From NCBI GenBank assembly GCA_964291405.2, contig OZ219926.1:2848001-2912000 (forward strand): a stretch of DNA of 64,000 nucleotides. Reading direction: 5' to 3'. The stretch comes from Thermodesulfobacteriota bacterium (GTDB lineage Bacteria; Desulfobacterota; Binatia; Bin18). Made by a program: the position numbers and the translations under genes. Under the pieces are notes generated by a model, which saw nothing but the letters and a program-made list of their open reading frames with translations, did no database searches and was not told where the DNA came from. This document shows positions 9,240 through 18,543 of the stretch, piece by piece (the stretch's first letter is position 1; every line of letters begins with the position of its first letter).

Positions 9240-10606
9240 GTGCCGCGGCGCATAGCCATTGTCGGCGGCGGCATATCAGGGCTGGCGGCCGCGTGGGCGC
9301 TGGATCACGACCCGGACCGATTCGATTTTCGGCTGTTTGAGGCGCAGGACCGGATTGGCGGAAACGCGATCACTGCCGATATGCCGCAGGATGACGGCAG
9401 CTTCATTCCTTTCGATATTTCCGTCACCGCTTGCATTTCGTCGGGGTACCACCACATCCTGCTGTTGATGAAAAAGTTCGGCATCGAACTGCTCGATACC
9501 AGATTCAGCTACAGTGTGAAGTACCGTGGCGGCGTGTACGCCCACGATTTCGACTCCGACATCCGAGAGCAACTGCAATCCGAAATTGCGAAGTTTCAAC
9601 GAATCCTGAGGCGTCTGAAGTGGTTCGGTTGGCTGAGCCGGTCCCAATCGAAGTTTCTGAACGCCCTCAATCCGTTCAACTACATCAGCATGGGGACGGT
9701 CCTGAATCTGGCCGGTTTCTCCGGGGACTTCCGGTACAAGATACTGAAGCCCATGTTCGTCAACTTCCTGATGGCGACCAATGTGTTCGATATGCCTGCA
9801 TCTCTCTTTACGCGGTATCTCGAATTCTTTGATATCGAAAGCGCCACGCCCATGCAGACGTGGGACCGGGGAACACGACGTATCTACGAAAACCTGTCGG
9901 CCAATTTCCGGGACAAGATATGCCTCAACCGGCCTGTCCGAAAGGTGTATCGCCAGTCGTCCGGCATCGTGGTCGAGGACGAGGACGGTGTACAGGAGAC
10001 GTTCGACGAGGTGATCTTCGCCTGCAATGCGAACCAGACGCTGATGATCCTCGACAACCCCACGATGCTGGAGCGCTATATTCTCTCGTCGATCCGGTAC
10101 GAGAGCGAACTGCACAACCATACGGTCGTGCATTCGGACGCCTCAGTCCTTCCGGACAACGCAGTGCAGCCCCTGAAAACGCGGAGCAATCATATCGAGC
10201 AATACGGCGCCCGACCGGACAATTATGAAATCACCTACATCATGCACAACCAGCAGCCGTGGGCCAATCGGTCTGACAAGCCTTGTCTGGTAACCTACAA
10301 CCCCATCAGCGAAATCGATGGGAAGAAGATTATCGGAAAGTGGTGGTTCCAGCACATTGTGCATGACGTGCGCCACGTCGCCCTGCTCGTTCCTTTGTTC
10401 CGCTTCATTCAGGGCAAGAAAGGCAAACCTGGCACTGTGGCGCCCATACGCTGATCAACAGCCAGGAAACCTGCTTTGTCAGCGGGCTCGCCGCTGCAAC
10501 ACAGATCGGTGTGGATTATCCCTTCGACGATCCCGGGGCGCGGCGGGCGTTCAACCATTACGGGAGTATCATGTATGGTCGGGGGTTCAGGAAGGCGAAG
10601 GGCTGA
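9240..10606 (+). pseudogene. FAD-dependent oxidoreductase (COG2907-like), frameshifted near 10420 (real lesion or assembly error)
   Basis: GGGISG...FEAQDRIGGNA N-terminus; after QGK the C-terminus RQTWHCGAHTLINSQETCFVSGLAAA...RKAKG* continues in another frame to TGA at 10604-10606. Confidence 0.75.
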
Positions 10607-10642
10607 AGACCGGTACGACCGCATCCGCCACAGGATCACGGC

Positions 10643-11722
10643 TCACGGATGGGTGGATTTGACCTTGCCCGATTCCAGCCTTTCCGGCTGAAGCTCCGGA
10701 TAGAACTGCCGACAATAGCGACGGTATTTCCCTATGGGGCCGTCCGTCTGGCACAGCCGCGGGGAAGACCGATGCCGCTTCCGGTCCCAGATCACCACGT
10801 CCTGCAGCACCTCCCGTTTTTGCCATGAAAGCAGAATGTGTTTCATCAGCCTTTGGCGCAACTTCATCGGTACGAAACCCAGACCCGAGATGAACCGTCG
10901 GGGCTTGCGGATTTCCCGCAGTTGGCCGACCAGCACAAGATCGATGAGGGTGCCATCGATGGGTGTGGGAAGTACCCACAATCTCGCATCCATATCGATG
11001 GTTTTCTCGTGGATTTCGACGAAGGAGTAGCCCAGTCCATAGATGTGAGTGACGGCCGAGACGTCATACACGAGGTCTTTTACACCCAGGAGCCTGTGAA
11101 CGCTTTTGAAGTCGAAGCAACTCTTCAGGTAGGCGCCGTCCACTGTTACCGAACCGACCGGACTCACATTGTCGTAGCCGTGTACGTGGCCCAGGTGTCC
11201 GAGGTCCACGGAATTCTCCGCTGTTTCCTGGGGATGGCCGCGGAATCGGAGGGTCCGGAATCCCAACTCGCTCCACTCCGCACCGGTGGGTGGGTCACCT
11301 GGAAGGTCCCAATGCGGAGGCCGGCCGCCGCTCCCGAACCAGGCGAAGACCAGACCGAGGATTTCTCTGGTCTGGTATACCTTCAGTTTCGCGGCTCTGG
11401 GTGCCGGGGCGTTCGGAGTCGCAACGCATTGGCCGGTCGTATCGTACTCAAACCCGTGAAACGGACAGACGAGGCGACCGTTGCATACCTGGCCGCCAGC
11501 CTCCGGCCCCAGGTACGAGCCCAGGTGCGGACAGACCGCGTCGGCCACGCAGACACGGCCATCCTCGTCGCACCAGGCGACGATTTCCTCGCCCAGCCAC
11601 GTCTTCTCGATCAGTTTCTCTCGCAGAATGGACTCGCGGCTTGCGACGAAATACCACCCCTCAGGGAACGCTGGTAGCTCATCCATGCTAGTCATGGACA
11701 GTCTTTTGGTGTTCCTAGTCAT
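10643..11722 (-). CDS. Rieske oxygenase of the Neverland (cholesterol 7-desaturase)/KshA type
   Basis: FPEGWY, CPHLG...CPFHG, ENSVDLGHLGHVHG, QDVVIWDRK, DGPIGKYRRYCRQFY. Confidence 0.75.
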   Translation of the reverse strand: MTRNTKRLSMTSMDELPAFPEGWYFVASRESILREKLIEKTWLGEEIVAWCDEDGRVCVADAVCPHLGSYLGPEAGGQVCNGRLVCPFHGFEYDTTGQCVATPNAPAPRAAKLKVYQTREILGLVFAWFGSGGRPPHWDLPGDPPTGAEWSELGFRTLRFRGHPQETAENSVDLGHLGHVHGYDNVSPVGSVTVDGAYLKSCFDFKSVHRLLGVKDLVYDVSAVTHIYGLGYSFVEIHEKTIDMDARLWVLPTPIDGTLIDLVLVGQLREIRKPRRFISGLGFVPMKLRQRLMKHILLSWQKREVLQDVVIWDRKRHRSSPRLCQTDGPIGKYRRYCRQFYPELQPERLESGKVKSTHP

Positions 11723-11967
11723 GAGTCCAGAGCTCCTTTCAAATTCACAACTCTCTCATCCGCTCCACACCCAACTCCTCCAGGCGCGTCGCCATCGTTT
11801 ACCCAGCGCTGGAAACGACGATGGCAGGTCTGGTAGGAGGATAGGGGTCGGGGAGGTCGTGCCACGGAGCACCTATTCTGAGTATCTACAGTATACCACT
11901 CAGCACCTCCCGGCTCGACCGCTACGGGCGATTATTCACAACGAGAGCGTTCATTCCCGGTAAAGCC

Positions 11968-12450
11968 ATGACGCCAGCCATTCAGGCCCTCAAACATGCT
12001 CGGATTCCCTATCGCCTGTATGAATATCATCACGACCCGGCTGCCTCGTCTTACGGGCTGGAGGCTGCTGAAGCGCTCGGCGTTGACGCGGCTCAGGTCT
12101 TGAAAACGCTCATCGTCAAACCCGCTGCCAGCGCGCTTGTTGCTGCACTGATCCCCGTCTCCACTCAGCTCAACCTCAAGGCGGTCGCCCAGGCAGTTGG
12201 GGTAAAGAAAGCCATCTTAGCCGACCCAAGAGAAGCCGAACGGGCAACCGGCTATGTGGTTGGTGGCATCAGTCCGCTCGGCCAACGCCGTGACCTCGTC
12301 ACGCTGATAGACGAGTCAGCACTCAGCCACGCCAGCGTCTACGTCAGCGCCGGGCGCCGTGGACTCGATATTGCCCTGAGCCCGCAGGATTTGATTCAAC
12401 TGACCCAGGCACGGATCGCCCGTATCGCAGTGTGGCGTGGAGCGGGGTAG
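11968..12450 (+). CDS. ybaK: Cys-tRNA(Pro) deacylase YbaK
   Basis: MTPAI start, KTL, GYVVGGISPLGQ, SAGRRG. Confidence 0.9.
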   Translation: MTPAIQALKHARIPYRLYEYHHDPAASSYGLEAAEALGVDAAQVLKTLIVKPAASALVAALIPVSTQLNLKAVAQAVGVKKAILADPREAERATGYVVGGISPLGQRRDLVTLIDESALSHASVYVSAGRRGLDIALSPQDLIQLTQARIARIAVWRGAG

Positions 12451-12562
12451 AAGCGGTCCAGCATCCTGGGTCCCGGAAAAATCCTTTCCCCCATTTACAT
12501 CTGCTGCCACAGCGCTAGAGTGAGTACAAGAAGACCCACATGTTTCTTCATGGAGGACGCTT

Positions 12563-13984
12563 ATGGCAGATCACGCATTTCCTCCCATGACGAGCGGCGG
12601 CGTTCCCGTTCTGGGACACGCGCTTCAATTCCTACGCGACCCGACGGCCCTCATAGAACGGGGCTATCATGAGCACGGCTCGATTTTCTCCTTCCAACTC
12701 GGGCTGAAACGGGCGGTCGTTCTGGTCGGACCGGAGAACAATCGCTTCTTTTTTAGTGAGACAGACAAATTGCTCTCCATCCGCGAGAGCTATCCCTTCT
12801 TCATCAAGATGTTCCACGAACGCTTCTATGTCTTCGCCGAGTTCGAGGAATACCTGGAACAGCGAGCCATTATCATGCCGCGGTTTCAGCCCCAGCAGAT
12901 GCACCAGTATGTCACCACCATGGCTAACGAAACGTTTGCCCTGATGGAACGTCTGGGCGAGGAGGGGTCCTGTGATCTGATTCCAACCCTGGGTCCACTG
13001 GTGATGCATATTGCCGCGCACGCCTTTCTGGGCGACGATTTTCGACAGCGTCTGGGCAGTCATTTCTTCCAGGACTTCCGCAATTTTTCGGGAGGGATAG
13101 AGCCGCTTCTACCCCTCTGGCTGCCACTGCCTAGACTGATTCGGAGTCAACGGGCCAAAAGAAAATTGCACAAAATCCTGGGCGAACTCATAGAAGAGCG
13201 CCGTCACAGTCCGGTCGACCCGCCGGATTTTTTACAGACGTTGATTGCGTCCCACTACTCTGACGGGAGGCCGATTGACGACGTGTTAATTATTAATCTG
13301 ATCCTCCTGCTGGTATGGGCCGGACACGAGACAACCGCCGGGCATATCAGCTGGGGTCTGATTGACCTGCTCCTCCACCCGACCTATCTCCAGTCTGTGC
13401 GCGACGAACAGGCTGATATTCTTGACAATGGCCGGGATCTCTCGATGACAGAGGTGCGTCAACTGCGACGGATTGAGTGGGCGCTCAAAGAAACCGAGCG
13501 GCTCCATCCGGTCGCCTTTGTCCTCATGCGCAAGGCCGCCGAGACCTTTGCCTGGCAGGGCTTCCGCATTCCTCAGGACGCCATGGTGTTTATTGCCCCG
13601 CTTCTCTCGCATCGGATGCCCGAGATATTCCCGGACCCCGACCAGTATCGTCCGGAACGGTTCTCCCCGGAGCACGATGAGTCTCGTCAGCCCCATAGCC
13701 TGATTGGGTTTGGAGGGGGCGTGCACCGTTGCGCTGGGGTTCATTTTGCCTATCTTGAGATGAAAATCGTCCTCTCCCTCCTCCTCCAGCAGTATGAATT
13801 CACCCTGCTTGACCCCGAGCCCAAACCGGTCAGCGGAACAAAAACGAAATGGCCGTCCAGTCCGTGTCGGGTCCAATACCGGCGACGGGCTGACATGCCA
13901 CCCAAGGTGCCGCGTCATTTGCCTCCCGTTGGGGAAGCCCACCCCGTCGGCCCACCGGCAGCGCACTGTCCGGTTCCGCACTAA
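12563..13984 (+). CDS. Cytochrome P450, divergent CYP51-like
   Basis: AGHETT I-helix, KETERLHP, FGGGVHRCAG; clearly similar to the CYP51 at 105 but lacks the canonical B' signature; GGAGG RBS. Confidence 0.85.
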   Translation: MADHAFPPMTSGGVPVLGHALQFLRDPTALIERGYHEHGSIFSFQLGLKRAVVLVGPENNRFFFSETDKLLSIRESYPFFIKMFHERFYVFAEFEEYLEQRAIIMPRFQPQQMHQYVTTMANETFALMERLGEEGSCDLIPTLGPLVMHIAAHAFLGDDFRQRLGSHFFQDFRNFSGGIEPLLPLWLPLPRLIRSQRAKRKLHKILGELIEERRHSPVDPPDFLQTLIASHYSDGRPIDDVLIINLILLLVWAGHETTAGHISWGLIDLLLHPTYLQSVRDEQADILDNGRDLSMTEVRQLRRIEWALKETERLHPVAFVLMRKAAETFAWQGFRIPQDAMVFIAPLLSHRMPEIFPDPDQYRPERFSPEHDESRQPHSLIGFGGGVHRCAGVHFAYLEMKIVLSLLLQQYEFTLLDPEPKPVSGTKTKWPSSPCRVQYRRRADMPPKVPRHLPPVGEAHPVGPPAAHCPVPH

Positions 13985-14063
13985 GCGTTTTCGTGCTTAG
14001 CTAGGGATTCCGCCATCCGCTGCATGATAAGGATGGGTGTGTGCGAAGCACGGGAGGAGACGT

Positions 14064-15215
14064 ATGAGCATCAAAGGAAAAGCGGCAATCTCCGGGTTTG
14101 CCGAAATGCCGCCCCAAAAAGGCGCCGGGAATATTACGCCGCTGGGGATTATTGCCAATGTGGCGCGTGAGGCAATCGCCGATGCCGGTCTGGAAAAGAG
14201 CGATATTGATGGGCTGCTGACCGGCTGGGCGCTGAGCGACTATAGCGTGCTGTGGCCTTCGGTGGTGGCCGACTACCTGCAAATCCGCCCCACCTATTTT
14301 AATCAGGTCGAGCTGGGCGGCGCCTCTGCCGCCGGTATGGTCTGGCGGGCAGCGGCCGCCATTGAAGCCGGGATGTGCAACTCCGTGCTGTGCGTCGTGG
14401 GTGACCGGCGGGCCCGGGCGCGACAGATGCCGCCCTTCCCGAGCATTGAGGCGGAATTCGATGCACCCTACGGCCTGATTGCCGCCAACCCCGGCTATGC
14501 GCTCATCGCCCAACGCCATAAATATGAATACGACACCACCGCGGAACAAATGGCCAAGGTTGCGGTAGACCAACGCAAGAGCGCCTGCCAAAACCCGAGC
14601 GCCTTATTCGGGAACAAAGAAATCGACATTGATGACGTGCTGAACTCCCGCATGATTGTTGACCCCCTACACCTGCTTGAGATCGTCAGTCCGTGTACCG
14701 GGGGCGGCGCGTTTATTGTCACCAGTACCGAACGCGCCAAAGACGGCCCTCACAAGCCCGTAGTCTTGCTCGGAGCGGGTGAGGCCGGCGGCCATTCGAG
14801 CATTACCCATGCGCGCAGCCTGACGACGTCGTTAGTCAAACCGGCTGCGGAATCTGCCTTTCACATGGCCGGAGTCACACCGCAGGATATGGACTTTGTG
14901 CAACCCTACGACTGCTACACCATCACCGTGATCGTGACTCTTGAAGACGCCGGCTTTTGTGAAAAAGGCGAGGGGGGTCGGTTTGTTGAAGACCACGACC
15001 TGTCATACGCGGGCGACTTTCCGTGCAATACCCACGGCGGCCAACTGTCTTTTGGGCAACCGGGGCTCGCCGGTGGTATGAGCCATGTTATTGAGGGCGC
15101 ACGGCAGCTCATGGGACGCGGGGAAGGGCGGCAGGTCAAAGATGCCTCTATCGGCTATGTGAACGGTAACGGTGGAATCATGGCCGAGCAGTGCAGCCTC
15201 GTCTTGGGTGTGTAG
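14064..15215 (+). CDS. SCP-x/Ltp2-type thiolase-like protein
   Basis: GGASA, YDCYT, NTHGGQLS motifs; GGAGGAG RBS before ATG 14064. Confidence 0.85.
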   Translation: MSIKGKAAISGFAEMPPQKGAGNITPLGIIANVAREAIADAGLEKSDIDGLLTGWALSDYSVLWPSVVADYLQIRPTYFNQVELGGASAAGMVWRAAAAIEAGMCNSVLCVVGDRRARARQMPPFPSIEAEFDAPYGLIAANPGYALIAQRHKYEYDTTAEQMAKVAVDQRKSACQNPSALFGNKEIDIDDVLNSRMIVDPLHLLEIVSPCTGGGAFIVTSTERAKDGPHKPVVLLGAGEAGGHSSITHARSLTTSLVKPAAESAFHMAGVTPQDMDFVQPYDCYTITVIVTLEDAGFCEKGEGGRFVEDHDLSYAGDFPCNTHGGQLSFGQPGLAGGMSHVIEGARQLMGRGEGRQVKDASIGYVNGNGGIMAEQCSLVLGV

Positions 15216-15233
15216 CGGACGGAAAGGAAAACC

Positions 15234-15641
15234 ATGGGCGAGTATAACAAACCCCTCCCTCATCCCAATGAGATCTCTCAGCCCTTTTGGGATGCGGCCA
15301 AACGGCACGAACTCCAGATCCAACGCTGCAATGCGTGTGGGACTCATATCTTTTACCCGCGCGAAGCCTGCTCGGAATGCTTGGCCGCCGACCTCGTCTG
15401 GATTCCCGTATCCGGCAAGGGCAAGCTGTATTCCTACACCATTGCCCAGGCTCCGACGCACCCGGCCTTTGCCGATGATGTGCCCTACGTTATTGCCATT
15501 GTTGAGCTCGCAGAAGGTCCGCATATCACCACCAATCTGGTCGGCTGCCAGCCCGACCAGGTGACTATAGGCATGCCGGTTTTGGCATCCTTTGAGGATG
15601 TGAGTGAGGAAATGACCCTGGTCAAGTTCCGGCCCGAATAG
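15234..15641 (+). CDS. Zn-ribbon/OB-fold DUF35 protein (thiolase partner)
   Basis: PFWDAA...QRCNACG...PREACSEC, ELAEGP. Confidence 0.85.
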   Translation: MGEYNKPLPHPNEISQPFWDAAKRHELQIQRCNACGTHIFYPREACSECLAADLVWIPVSGKGKLYSYTIAQAPTHPAFADDVPYVIAIVELAEGPHITTNLVGCQPDQVTIGMPVLASFEDVSEEMTLVKFRPE

Positions 15642-15716
15642 GCAGGGGCAGGACGGGAAAAGACGACTGAAGGGAGTTGTAAAAATAGTCGCGCGGCAAT
15701 AGGCAATGCCGGCGGA

Positions 15717-15824
15717 TTAGTGTTTGTGCTGCCTATTGGCCGTTTTGTCCTGCACGTAGATATACAGGCTAAGTGCGAGGACAATGATGGTGCCGACGAA
15801 GAATATCCAGCCGATAGCGGTCAT
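15717..15824 (-). CDS. 35-aa single-TM small protein at the end of the bat operon
   Basis: MTAIGWIFFVGTIIVLALSLYIYVQDKTANRQHKH*, AAAGGA RBS, starts 8 nt after the batE stop; not in the ORF track. Confidence 0.6.
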   Translation of the reverse strand: MTAIGWIFFVGTIIVLALSLYIYVQDKTANRQHKH

Positions 15825-15832
15825 GGTTCCTT

Positions 15833-16627
15833 TTATAGCTCTTCAAGGGCATCCTTTTCTATCCATCCGCGCCGCCCATCGCAGCGGGCGACCTGCCACC
15901 AGCCTTCTCGGACATCGAGCAGTCGGACCCGCGTGCCCTGGGGGACGGAGAAATGGACCGTGCCGCTCGGAGCCGGCTCAAAACGCACTGGAGTATCCTC
16001 TTGTTTGAGTACCACAGCGTGTCGCTGCCAATCGCTCGTCCGTAGCTGCTGTACCAGCGAGAGCGTTATTACCACCAGGCAGGCAGTGACCCCCCAGCCC
16101 ACGGAGAGGAGCCATTGGGGCTGCCGCGGCCACAGACGGTACACGGCAAAAACCCCGAAGAGCAATGTATAGGCCGCACTAGTGAGCCACACCAATTGGT
16201 CTGTCGCGACTCGATGGGCAAGCGGAAAGACAAGGCGTTGCCAGAGGGGCGGCTGGCAGACTTCAGCGTCCGTGAGTGAGTGGGCGAAGCGCAGGTTGGC
16301 TTCCAGGTCCGGGTCACTGGGGAGGAAGCGCCGTGCCCGCTCGTAATTCAGAATGGCCTTTCCCACTCGTCCTGCCTTGAAATAGGCGTTGCCGAGGTTG
16401 AAATAGAGATTGCCGCTGACGAAGCCGGACTGAAGCACGGCTTCGTAGGCCTCCACTGCCTCGGCGTACTGACCTTGCGTGTAGAGCGTATTCGCATGAA
16501 AAAAAGCGGTCTGAGGGGTTGTTGGCGCCGCGGCTGCCAGGGAGGGCGCCCAGCAGAGACAGACACCGCAAAGAGTAAATCGCAAGCCTCGAAATGGCCG
16601 AAGTCGGAGAAATTGCGGCAGCCTCAT
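15833..16627 (-). CDS. batE: BatE-like TPR + SH3 protein
   Basis: YFNLGNAYFK...AILNYERA TPR, TM segments, C-terminal SH3b. Confidence 0.8.
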   Translation of the reverse strand: MRLPQFLRLRPFRGLRFTLCGVCLCWAPSLAAAAPTTPQTAFFHANTLYTQGQYAEAVEAYEAVLQSGFVSGNLYFNLGNAYFKAGRVGKAILNYERARRFLPSDPDLEANLRFAHSLTDAEVCQPPLWQRLVFPLAHRVATDQLVWLTSAAYTLLFGVFAVYRLWPRQPQWLLSVGWGVTACLVVITLSLVQQLRTSDWQRHAVVLKQEDTPVRFEPAPSGTVHFSVPQGTRVRLLDVREGWWQVARCDGRRGWIEKDALEEL

Positions 16628-18534
16628 GGTCCTGTAATGCTAAGCGGCTTGCGTCGCCCCCCTTTTTTGGGGGGCTGCCGAAGGCGAGGGGGCAAAACAA
16701 CAAACTGGCGGTGAGTGCGTTCAAGCTGGTCAATAATCTGACGGACGAGGGATAGGGTCTCGTGACTCTTGTCCCGCATGGATGCCGGTGTTCCTTGGGC
16801 GAAACGCACCTGCTCGCAGGTCTCCTCAACTCGTTCAATCTGATCCAGGCTCGTCTGAGAGACGCCACGCTCGCGGAGCGCCTGTGTATCAACGCCACCA
16901 GGGGGCAGATCGAACTTGGCGGATATATAGGCTTGGAGCGTACGAGCCAGCATTGTGTACAAGGCGGGATACTCCTCCTGGGTGAGATGGTGCTCCGCTT
17001 GGGCCAGGCTCTGCCGTGCCTGTTTCCCCGCCACTGTAAAACGGGCATAGCGACTATCGGCGTGCAGTCGGCGACGACGCTGGTCGTACCACCAGACACC
17101 CAGGAAGAGCAGCACCGGCAGGGGCTGCCACAGGAGAAAACCAAGGCTGCGATACCACGGCCCGGCGTGCGGAACCAGAGAGCCGGGCTCGTCTTTGATA
17201 TAGACAATGTCCTGACCCAGTGCTTCCTGCTCGTCCTGACTGCGTGCCGATGGTGCGCCCGGGTGGCCGGTTACGACTGTTTTTCGTGTTGTAGTTTTCG
17301 GGGGACGAACGACAAGGGCAACAGGCTGGCTTTCGAGCGTCCGGTAGCGCCGGGCCTGAGGATCAAAATAACTGAACTGAGCCGCGGGAACGGCATCCAG
17401 GGTCTGGTCCTGTGGAATGAGCACCTGCTCAAAGGATTTTGTTGACCCCTGCGTTTTCCCGGCAAGCGGTTCATACACACGGAAACCATCAGTCTGCACA
17501 AATGCGGGCGCGGCGGCATCGGCAAGATAGCCCGTGCCTTCGATGCGCATATGGACAGTAATCGGGTCTCCGACAGGAAGGTCCTGCGGAGTTGCTTTCA
17601 CGTCCAACTCAAACGAGCCGACCGCGCCTGAAAAATTGTCCGGTCTGCTGGTTGCCGGTAGCGGTTGCACGCTGAGCGTCAGGGAATCGGAACGCAGGGT
17701 GAGCTGCCGCCGCTCGGAGGAAAACGTCGAAAAGAAGTCACTCTGAAAAAAACGATCAAAGAACGGGTCGCTGAAAGGCGAACCGCCCCGGCGGCGCGTG
17801 AGGACGTTGAGCTGGAGGCTCGCCGGTCCGAGCGCCAGGCTCCCGGAGCGGAGGGGAATAACCTCGGTGTCAAAATGCAAAACAGTGAATGTCTGTCCGT
17901 CCAGCGTCTGTTGCTGTTGTGTGGGTTCGGAAAACGGCTCGACAGAGAACCCGTCTTTACTGAATTGCGGATACTGAACATCGGATACGCGGGCCGCCCC
18001 AATATAAAGCTTGACCACAATGGGAACACGCTCGTGGAGATAGACTTCGTGGCGTGGAACGGAAAGCTGAAGACTCAGCCCGTTTTGGCCGCTCGTGGCT
18101 TGAGGACGTTGTTGAGCCGGAGAGGACGGTCTGCCCGACGGAGAAGGTGATGGCTGGGCGGCCGCAATCGTGACGTTAAGCGGGCCGGTGTAATACTGCC
18201 GCCCTTGATATTCCACGGGAAATGGACCCAGGGTGAACTGTCCTGGCTCGAGCGGGAGGAGAGAGTAGCGATGCTGCACAGACGCCGCGACTTGCCCATC
18301 CCTGATAGACACCTGAGTCGAGGGACCGAGATAGCGACTCTCGAAGCCGTCGATATCGAGAGTCGGGGCCGGCGTGTCCTGAGCCCCCCTGACCTGAATG
18401 GACAGCGTCAACGCTTCACCGAGCGTCGCACGCTGCGGGTGAATGGAGGCGTGGACACTCACCTCCGAGGCATCAGCCGGACAAACCAGCCCGAACAGCA
18501 GGCAGAGGAAAGGAATACACGCGCTCCTTCTCAT
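16624..18534 (-). CDS. batD: BatD-like protein
   Basis: Signal peptide, FSGAVGSF, FSYFDP; operon position. Confidence 0.8.
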   Translation of the reverse strand: MRRSACIPFLCLLFGLVCPADASEVSVHASIHPQRATLGEALTLSIQVRGAQDTPAPTLDIDGFESRYLGPSTQVSIRDGQVAASVQHRYSLLPLEPGQFTLGPFPVEYQGRQYYTGPLNVTIAAAQPSPSPSGRPSSPAQQRPQATSGQNGLSLQLSVPRHEVYLHERVPIVVKLYIGAARVSDVQYPQFSKDGFSVEPFSEPTQQQQTLDGQTFTVLHFDTEVIPLRSGSLALGPASLQLNVLTRRRGGSPFSDPFFDRFFQSDFFSTFSSERRQLTLRSDSLTLSVQPLPATSRPDNFSGAVGSFELDVKATPQDLPVGDPITVHMRIEGTGYLADAAAPAFVQTDGFRVYEPLAGKTQGSTKSFEQVLIPQDQTLDAVPAAQFSYFDPQARRYRTLESQPVALVVRPPKTTTRKTVVTGHPGAPSARSQDEQEALGQDIVYIKDEPGSLVPHAGPWYRSLGFLLWQPLPVLLFLGVWWYDQRRRRLHADSRYARFTVAGKQARQSLAQAEHHLTQEEYPALYTMLARTLQAYISAKFDLPPGGVDTQALRERGVSQTSLDQIERVEETCEQVRFAQGTPASMRDKSHETLSLVRQIIDQLERTHRQFVVLPPRLRQPPKKGGRRKPLSITGP

Positions 18535-18543
18535 TCTTCTTCC

